From contig JBEKSC010000003.1 in assembly GCA_049517415.1 (NCBI GenBank), positions 64,001 through 128,000 of the forward strand: DNA of 64,000 nt. The letters are read 5' to 3'. Made by a program: the position numbers and the translations under genes. The notes beneath the pieces are model-generated. The model had not been told where the DNA came from. It saw only the letters and a program-made list of their open reading frames with translations, and searched no databases. This DNA is from Candidatus Bathyarchaeia archaeon (GTDB lineage: Archaea > Thermoproteota > Bathyarchaeia > 40CM-2-53-6). Below, in pieces: positions 58,106 to 64,000 of this stretch (position 1 is its first letter; the number at the start of each line of letters is the position of its first letter).

Positions 58106-58353
58106 ATCGTGACTCCTTTGAAAGTCAACGGGTGTGATTTAGGCCTAATAACCTGCCTTTTAATCGCGGCAAAAACAGCCGAGATCGATTTTCGTGTTCT
58201 AAACGCCTTGTCTGTTAGGAAATAGGCCGTTTGTTGCCTTCGCTTGGCACCGTTTGGCACCACCCCTTGATGGGTGGATCCACCCTAGCCTATGCCACTA
58301 GAACACGTCAGAATCATCTCCAAGAGCCTTGGGGAATTGATGGGTTGAGATGA

Positions 58354-58626
58354 TTAGGGTCTGGTTTTTCGGCTTACCCAAAGAATCGAGTCGTCCCGCG
58401 TATTGCGTATCTCTAAGATTCTGTGGAACGGGATCAATGATTCTTCACCCGCAGGGTCTTCCTGTATTGTAAAATAGGATTTGCCAAGCGTTCGAATCCT
58501 GGATGCGTTGATCTGCTTCGCGTCGCCTGGCACGCCCCGGTGGCGGTACGTGATCACGTAATCCTCAGGGTTCTCCTTTTCGTCCCAGCGAAGCCTGTTG
58601 AGAATATTCCTGAGAGGATGAACCAT
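58354..58626 (-). CDS. DUF504 / MJ1316 family protein
   Basis: ILNRLRWD, Y.HRG, IPFHRI. Confidence 0.88.
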   Translation of the reverse strand: MVHPLRNILNRLRWDEKENPEDYVITYRHRGVPGDAKQINASRIRTLGKSYFTIQEDPAGEESLIPFHRILEIRNTRDDSILWVSRKTRP

Positions 58627-58748
58627 CTTCAGCCTGACCTATGTGGCTAGTTTAGGTGTTGGTGATGTGGATATTGGTCTCGAAATTGGTTGTTGTCAAG
58701 TCAGCTTAAAACCCTGACTAGCGCAGGGGGTGTTGAGTTTAGAGAGCG

Positions 58749-59165
58749 TTGGCTAGCCAGAAACTTCTTGACATGTTGAACAAAGCAATTGCTGGAGAGC
58801 TTCAAGCCATAATTCAGTACATGTGGCAACATATCCAGTGGAAAGGAATTGAGCACTACGCGGTCAGCAAAGGATTCGAGGAAACCGCGATCGAAGAAAT
58901 GAAGCATGCCGAGAAGATTGCGGAGAGGCTCTGGTACTTGGGAGCTAAGCCAACAATACAGCCCGCCCCCATCTTCGTTGGAAACACCCTCGAAGAAATG
59001 ATCCAATCCGATGTCAAAGCAGAGCTAGAAACAATTGCCCTGTACAAGGAAATCATGGAACAGGCACAAAAGGAAGGCGACGCGGCCACAAAAGAGATCT
59101 TTGAAGAGATAGAAGAGGACGAAGAAGAACACCACGACTTCTTCTCAAGCCTACTCGAAAAATAA
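58749..59165 (+). CDS. Bacterioferritin/ferritin-like diiron protein
   Basis: EL.AI.QY, EEMKHAE..AER, E...I..Y, DEEEH. Confidence 0.9.
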   Translation: MASQKLLDMLNKAIAGELQAIIQYMWQHIQWKGIEHYAVSKGFEETAIEEMKHAEKIAERLWYLGAKPTIQPAPIFVGNTLEEMIQSDVKAELETIALYKEIMEQAQKEGDAATKEIFEEIEEDEEEHHDFFSSLLEK

Positions 59166-59464
59166 ATGAACAAATACGTACCGCAAGCTTTTCTTCAAGA
59201 AGCCCCCTAGAAAGGCGATAGCTTTGTACCCTGAATCTTCCCGTCGCAATTGCCCCAAATGCGCCCGATGCGGCGGATGCACGCAATGGTCAAACGGTAG
59301 ATGGTTCTGCCTCTTCTGTAGAATCTATTACTGAGCGTCGATTTGGTGCTTGTTTTCTGTTAGGGTGGGATGTGGTTTACGTTAACTTTGAGTGTGACTA
59401 GGTTTGAGAGTTGCAATACCTTATTAGTCCGCTCGCGTGGGGTTTTCCGAACTGGTGTTTCTGA

Positions 59465-60070
59465 TTGAGTGAATACTACCTTCCAGGCGCGACAACCGTC
59501 GGTATCGTCTGTAAAGACGGCGTGATATTAGCGGCCGAACGACGTGTCACATACGGATATTTCGTTATGAGCAAAAGCGGTAAGAAAGTCTTCAAGATCG
59601 CTGACAAGATTGGCGCAGCATGCGCCGGCATCGTTGCCGACATGCAAATTCTAACACGCGAGGTAGGCGCCTACCTAAACCTCTACACCTACGAACGCGA
59701 GCAAAGCGTCACGGTCCATACGGCTGCTAAGCTGATGGGCAGCATGCTCTTCGAGCGACGCTACTTCCCATACATAACGCAAACAATCGTTGGCGGAATC
59801 GACGAGGGCGGAGCCAGGTTGTTCGTTCTCGACCCGTTGGGCTCAGTAATCGAGGACAAGTTTACAGCAGTAGGCTCAGGGTCGGAAATTGCCATGGGCC
59901 TTCTTGAAACCGAATTCAAGGAGGGCATGTCCATTGAAGAAGGGAAGAGCCTCGCACGGAAGGCGGTGAAGGCTGCGTCTGCGCGCGACATAGGTAGCGG
60001 TGAAGGCCTCGACATGCTCGTGATAACCAACACCGGTATCCGTGAAGAACAAGAACTACCCGCCAAGTAA
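59465..60070 (+). CDS. psmB: 20S proteasome beta subunit (probably the non-catalytic beta1 type)
   Basis: GATTVG, AAERR, KKVF, AG..AD, GSGS, RDIGSG. Confidence 0.95.
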   Translation: MSEYYLPGATTVGIVCKDGVILAAERRVTYGYFVMSKSGKKVFKIADKIGAACAGIVADMQILTREVGAYLNLYTYEREQSVTVHTAAKLMGSMLFERRYFPYITQTIVGGIDEGGARLFVLDPLGSVIEDKFTAVGSGSEIAMGLLETEFKEGMSIEEGKSLARKAVKAASARDIGSGEGLDMLVITNTGIREEQELPAK

Positions 60071-60123
60071 CCACCACGCATACCAAGTTCACGAAGCTTC
60101 TTTGCGGACGGCCAGCAAGCTTT

Positions 60124-60774
60124 ATGCTCTCGAAGAGCGACAGCGAAAAAATTCAGGCCGAGTTGCTTTCCTACGATAAGGCGAGAGAAAAACTTCAAAC
60201 ATTAACCCGAAACGCGACGAGGCTATGCAGTTGGGCGATAGTTCAAGTCCATCGCGGAAAGCTTGGTGAAGCCACCAAAACCCTCAACGAAGCAAAACGT
60301 TCACTCGACGAACTCCAAAACCTCCTCACAGCCCACACTGAGCTGCCGCAGTTCGGGCAAGTTCTCGTGGCCTTCCAAGAGTATGCGGAAGCGAAGCTTC
60401 TCTTTCATCTGAAAAAGAACGGCACAATAGCCTCCATGCGCGAAGTTGGGACTAGTAGCACAGCCTACCTTCTTGGCATGTTGGATTTCCTCGGCGAAAT
60501 GCGGCGAATGATTCTCGACGCGCTCAGGCACGGGAACGTGGACGTAGCGCAGAACCTGCTCACTAAGATGGAGGGCTTGTACGAGGAGCTCATGTCCCTC
60601 GACCGAACATCTATCCTCCCGAACTTTCGAAGAAAACTCGACGCGGACCGGAGGATATTGGAGGCTACACGTGGCGATGTCGCGACTGATCTGCGGCGGG
60701 TCTCCTTGGAAAAAGCACTGCGCAGCGTAGAGCGCAAACTTGCTTCTGGTGGCAAGGCCGCCAAACGCGGTTGA
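60124..60774 (+). CDS. Translin/TRAX family protein
   Basis: D..RE, QEYAEA, YLLG.LD..GE.RR, RRK.D. Confidence 0.88.
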   Translation: MLSKSDSEKIQAELLSYDKAREKLQTLTRNATRLCSWAIVQVHRGKLGEATKTLNEAKRSLDELQNLLTAHTELPQFGQVLVAFQEYAEAKLLFHLKKNGTIASMREVGTSSTAYLLGMLDFLGEMRRMILDALRHGNVDVAQNLLTKMEGLYEELMSLDRTSILPNFRRKLDADRRILEATRGDVATDLRRVSLEKALRSVERKLASGGKAAKRG

Positions 60775-60775
60775 A

Positions 60776-61435
60776 ATGCCAGTTCGCATTCCCAGCAGAA
60801 TCTCTCCCCGCGCAGCCATCGCCCTTCAGAAGAAACTCGCGCCACTCGTCAGTCAAACCAGCGACCTCCCGAAGGAGGTTACTCGCTTGGTGGGTTGCGA
60901 TGCCTACTTCAATAAAACGACCGTGTCGGCGGCTACCCTAGTTGACTACGATAGCCTAGAGCTTCTCGCAACCAAATTCCTCAAAGAACGGACTAGGTTC
61001 CCCTACATTCCAGGATTGCTTGCATTTAGGGAAGGGCCGGCTGTCCTGCGGACAATTCGCGCGTTGAGAGTTAAGTCGTACGTTTGTTTGGTTGACGCAC
61101 ATGGGCTAGCTCATCCCCGAAAGTTCGGTCTAGCCTGCCTGGTGGGCGTGGCTTTGAACCGGCCTACAATTGGTGTGGCGAAGAGCCTGCTTTATGGTTG
61201 GGTGCAGGGTAAGGAAGTGATAGATAGCGATGGTTATCCTATTGCTCAGCTTGTGCAATTACCCCATAGTGGGAAAACCATCTATGTTAGTGTTGGACAC
61301 AAAGTATCCTTAAGGGATGCCGTGGAAATTGTTAAACACTGTCTCACACCTCGCGGCCCCGCACCCATCAACTTCGCCCACGATGAAGTGAGTAAGCAAA
61401 GATGGCTCCTCAAGAAATCAAACCCAGCCTCCTGA
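60776..61435 (+). CDS. nfi: Endonuclease V
   Basis: VGCDAYF, FPYIPGLLAFRE, VDAHG.AHPR.FGLA, IGVAKS, YVSVGH. Confidence 0.92.
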   Translation: MPVRIPSRISPRAAIALQKKLAPLVSQTSDLPKEVTRLVGCDAYFNKTTVSAATLVDYDSLELLATKFLKERTRFPYIPGLLAFREGPAVLRTIRALRVKSYVCLVDAHGLAHPRKFGLACLVGVALNRPTIGVAKSLLYGWVQGKEVIDSDGYPIAQLVQLPHSGKTIYVSVGHKVSLRDAVEIVKHCLTPRGPAPINFAHDEVSKQRWLLKKSNPAS

Positions 61436-62106
61436 TCACGCTCTACAAACTAATTGAGGTGGGCGCTTACCCGGACGAAGTCATATTCACGACAACCGAG
61501 CTTGCAAAACTTCTTGGCGCATCCCAACAAACGGCCTCCCGGCATTTGATTGAACTTGAAAAGATGGGTTTGATTCACCGCGTCCGACTCGGCAGGCGGG
61601 AATCAATCAAGATTACGGCTGGCGGCGTGAAACATCTAGATAATATGTTCCTCACCCTAAAGCGGGCTTTCGAGATGAAGAAAACCGAAATCGTATTCGA
61701 AGGCGCCGTCTTTTCCGGTTTGGGCGAAGGGGCTTATTACATGAACCAGGAGGGTTATGTGAAACAGTTCATAGAGAAACTGGGCTTTGAACCCTACCCT
61801 GGAACACTGAATCTTCGAGTGCGGAAAGAGGACCAAGAGGAAGTACGTATGCTTGAGGCTTCACCATTCGTACTCATCGAAGGTTTCACCGACGGGAAGA
61901 GAAGCTTCGGCCCAGCAAAGTGTTTCCACGGAAAAGTTGCCGACAAAATAGATTGCGCGCTAATCTCCCCCGTTAGAACCCATTATTCAGGCGATGTGGT
62001 TGAACTCATCGCACCCGAATACTTGCGAAAGGCATTGCACGCAAAAGACGGCGACCCAATCAAAGTCAGGGCGTTTACCTCAGTTCCGCAAACAGCTTCT
62101 ACCTGA
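61402..62106 (+). CDS. ribK: CTP-dependent riboflavin kinase with N-terminal wHTH (RibK/RbkR)
   Basis: SQQTASR HTH, SGLGEG.YY, PYPGTLN, P.RTHY, ELIAP..LR. Confidence 0.93.
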   Translation: MAPQEIKPSLLITLYKLIEVGAYPDEVIFTTTELAKLLGASQQTASRHLIELEKMGLIHRVRLGRRESIKITAGGVKHLDNMFLTLKRAFEMKKTEIVFEGAVFSGLGEGAYYMNQEGYVKQFIEKLGFEPYPGTLNLRVRKEDQEEVRMLEASPFVLIEGFTDGKRSFGPAKCFHGKVADKIDCALISPVRTHYSGDVVELIAPEYLRKALHAKDGDPIKVRAFTSVPQTAST

Positions 62107-62256
62107 CTTCAACGTACTCTCATTGGAAACGATGGAGCTCTTCGAGTCCGAATGTGCTGGCCAGCATACACATTCGATGAGTAAATGTCATCACCCGTAC
62201 ACCATGGGCGCTAAGATTGAACGTCAGCCCAGGTTCAATCGCAGCCGACTGGGCGG

Positions 62257-62886
62257 CTAACGGAGTTCTTCAGAGAGCTTCCGCCTTACCGATGAGGAAC
62301 TCGCAAATTTCTCGTGGTCGAACTTTGAAAGTTTCACTATCTGAACTTTCAAGTTGCGCTTTTCAATGATCTCGCGCACCGTCTTCTCTAGGTTCTCTTG
62401 GTCATAGCCGAAGGCAACTATGTCTGGCATGACCTCCGTCAAGACTTGCTCAAAACCGAACCCCACGTCCTCGTACCCTAAGATCGCCTTATCAACGGGC
62501 TTCAGGCCTTCGACCAGCGCCTGTCTATCCTTTTCCGGAAACAGGGGTTTTCGCCCCTTCAACATCTCAACCGTAATATCCGTCGCAACAACGGCAACCA
62601 ACAGATCACCAAGAGACTTAGCTTCGTAAAGTGCCGCCAAATGGCCTAGGTGAAGCACATCGTAAACACCACCAGCCAGAACTACTTTGATTTGGCTGCG
62701 GCCCTTCTCTGTCAACGAGTAGCGGACTTCGCCACTGTCATGTTTCGCCAAATACCCTAGGTTGAGGAGATGTTGAAGCTCAGTTACCTCAGCCGATATT
62801 TCGAATTCTTCCTGGGTGAAGGGGCCATGCCTGAGCTGCAAGAGGTAGGCCGTTTTGATGTACTGCTTCAGGTTCTCTGAGTTCAT
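62257..62886 (-). CDS. ribL: Archaeal FAD synthase (cytidylyltransferase-like) with N-terminal extension
   Basis: GGVYDVLHLGH, VVA.D, KGRKP, PDIV..GYDQ, SSS; adjacent to ribK. Confidence 0.85.
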   Translation of the reverse strand: MNSENLKQYIKTAYLLQLRHGPFTQEEFEISAEVTELQHLLNLGYLAKHDSGEVRYSLTEKGRSQIKVVLAGGVYDVLHLGHLAALYEAKSLGDLLVAVVATDITVEMLKGRKPLFPEKDRQALVEGLKPVDKAILGYEDVGFGFEQVLTEVMPDIVAFGYDQENLEKTVREIIEKRNLKVQIVKLSKFDHEKFASSSSVRRKLSEELR

Positions 62887-62943
62887 TGTGTCCCAGCCGT
62901 CACGAGTATCTTCACGGTGGAAACAAACCCTTGACTAATGGGC

Positions 62944-63228
62944 TTATTGGGTTTCTGACTCAATGGTCTTGGTGAGGTTTAGGAATTTCAATGCGTCAAG
63001 TAGGCCTTCAGCGTATGCGATTGATGCTAGAGATGTTGTGGGTTTACCGTTGTCGATATAGAATCGTGCGTCCTGCAAGTAGCGGTGTATGGCGTCTGAG
63101 ACCTTCATAATGCCAGCTTCTCCGACCATCGTGCCTTCTTTCAGTGGGCTATGTTGCAGGAGAGCTTTCTCTAGGATTGTGATGTACCTGCTGGCGCGTT
63201 CCGCTGGGTCTTCGCTCATGTTGCTCAT
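62944..63228 (-). CDS. DUF357 family protein
   Basis: Y..DA.FY, YAEGLLDA. Confidence 0.88.
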   Translation of the reverse strand: MSNMSEDPAERASRYITILEKALLQHSPLKEGTMVGEAGIMKVSDAIHRYLQDARFYIDNGKPTTSLASIAYAEGLLDALKFLNLTKTIESETQ

Positions 63229-64000
63229 GCTTTTCCAGCCACCAGTTCTTTGCGTGCACCGCAGAATAGTTCGAGGGCTTCTGCTTCCACAAAATGGAGT
63301 TCACCTGGGAATATGACGGCGTACGGTGGATCCCCGAAGTCAATCTGGATTAGTTCTTCGACGGTGCCAGCTTTTACCTGCATGTCGGGCGCTTCGAGAC
63401 GGGATACTCCCACAACCAACGTTTCGGGTACTATTGCGGTTTCTGATTTTCCCTTTGAGACGGCCAAGAGTTGTTTCAGGCCTTCGGGGATGCTTATGTG
63501 GCGCTCGTTTTCAGCATCCACTTCCAAGAGCACAAGCGAATGAAGCCCTGAAGATAAGTTGCGTTTGATGGCTAGGTAGACGCTTTCAGGAAATTCCCCC
63601 TGCCAAGAAGCAGGGATTGTTGCAGTTCTCCCAAACTTGTAAGATTGCAGCCCTGTCACACCTGCCGCCGCGGACCCAACCGACGCCGCGTGGATTATGC
63701 TGGTTCGAATCCCTGCCTTGTGTGCGCGTAACCGGAGGTCAACATGTGTGGTCGCAATCATAGGATCCCCTGGAACCAGGAACCCAACCTTTTCCGCCTT
63801 AGCCTTGGACAGTATCACCTGCTCAGCCCTTTCTTCAACCTCAAGGCGCGAGAGTACCCGCACAGATTTGCCAACAATCTTCTTCAGGTTCTCTAGGTTT
63901 AGGCCGGGCATTACACTGGTGTAGAATTCCGCAAAGAGACGGGCGCACGATTTTGCTTCCGTTTGGCCTCGAAGTGACATGCCATGTTCGTCGTGCAGCC
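63225..64000 (-). CDS. dph5: Diphthine synthase; 5' end lies beyond the window
   Basis: EFYTS, PGDPMIATTH, GLQSYKFG, GLHSL.LL, DFG.PP, LHFVE. The frame stays open to the window edge (LHDEHGMSLRG). Confidence 0.95.
   Translation of the reverse strand, partial: LHDEHGMSLRGQTEAKSCARLFAEFYTSVMPGLNLENLKKIVGKSVRVLSRLEVEERAEQVILSKAKAEKVGFLVPGDPMIATTHVDLRLRAHKAGIRTSIIHAASVGSAAAGVTGLQSYKFGRTATIPASWQGEFPESVYLAIKRNLSSGLHSLVLLEVDAENERHISIPEGLKQLLAVSKGKSETAIVPETLVVGVSRLEAPDMQVKAGTVEELIQIDFGDPPYAVIFPGELHFVEAEALELFCGARKELVAGKA

Noticed and set aside
63698..63720. GGTTCGAATCCC tRNA T-loop-like sequence (similar ones near 21753 and 58489)
   Set aside because: All lie inside protein-coding genes and have no cloverleaf context.

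Overview
Archaeal genomic DNA. The archaeal call rests on the proteasome beta subunit, Dph5, CTP-dependent RibK, RibL, NreA, translin and DUF357. Placement in a TACK lineage such as Bathyarchaeia is inference only. Most of the window is core or metabolic genes: an ABC permease; a rubrerythrin-VIT1 fusion; GAPN; a fadD/acs/satP acetate module; malic enzyme; a long-form Gnd; a gluconate dehydratase frameshifted at a G8 tract; three LLM/F420-type oxidoreductases; an ABC-2 exporter; a group 4 [NiFe]-hydrogenase operon arranged in complex I order (hycI-A-B-C-D-H-I-J-K-L-M/N); DNA/RNA repair genes; and flavin and diphthamide genes. The most striking accessory feature is a 4.93-kb IS6-family element at 2925-7853. 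It has perfect 15-bp terminal inverted repeats, symmetric subterminal repeats and an 8-bp target duplication. It carries one SWIM-DDE transposase, a divergent 63-aa ORF behind two palindromic operator-like sites, and membrane-protein cargo on both sides. It has inserted into one copy of a repeated palindromic host motif. Other points of note are two probable CTG start codons, a Cys-free thioredoxin reductase-like protein, a 34-39-bp direct repeat bracketing a UPF0182 cassette, and an uncalled 43-aa zinc-finger gene. No tRNA, rRNA or CRISPR array was recognised.
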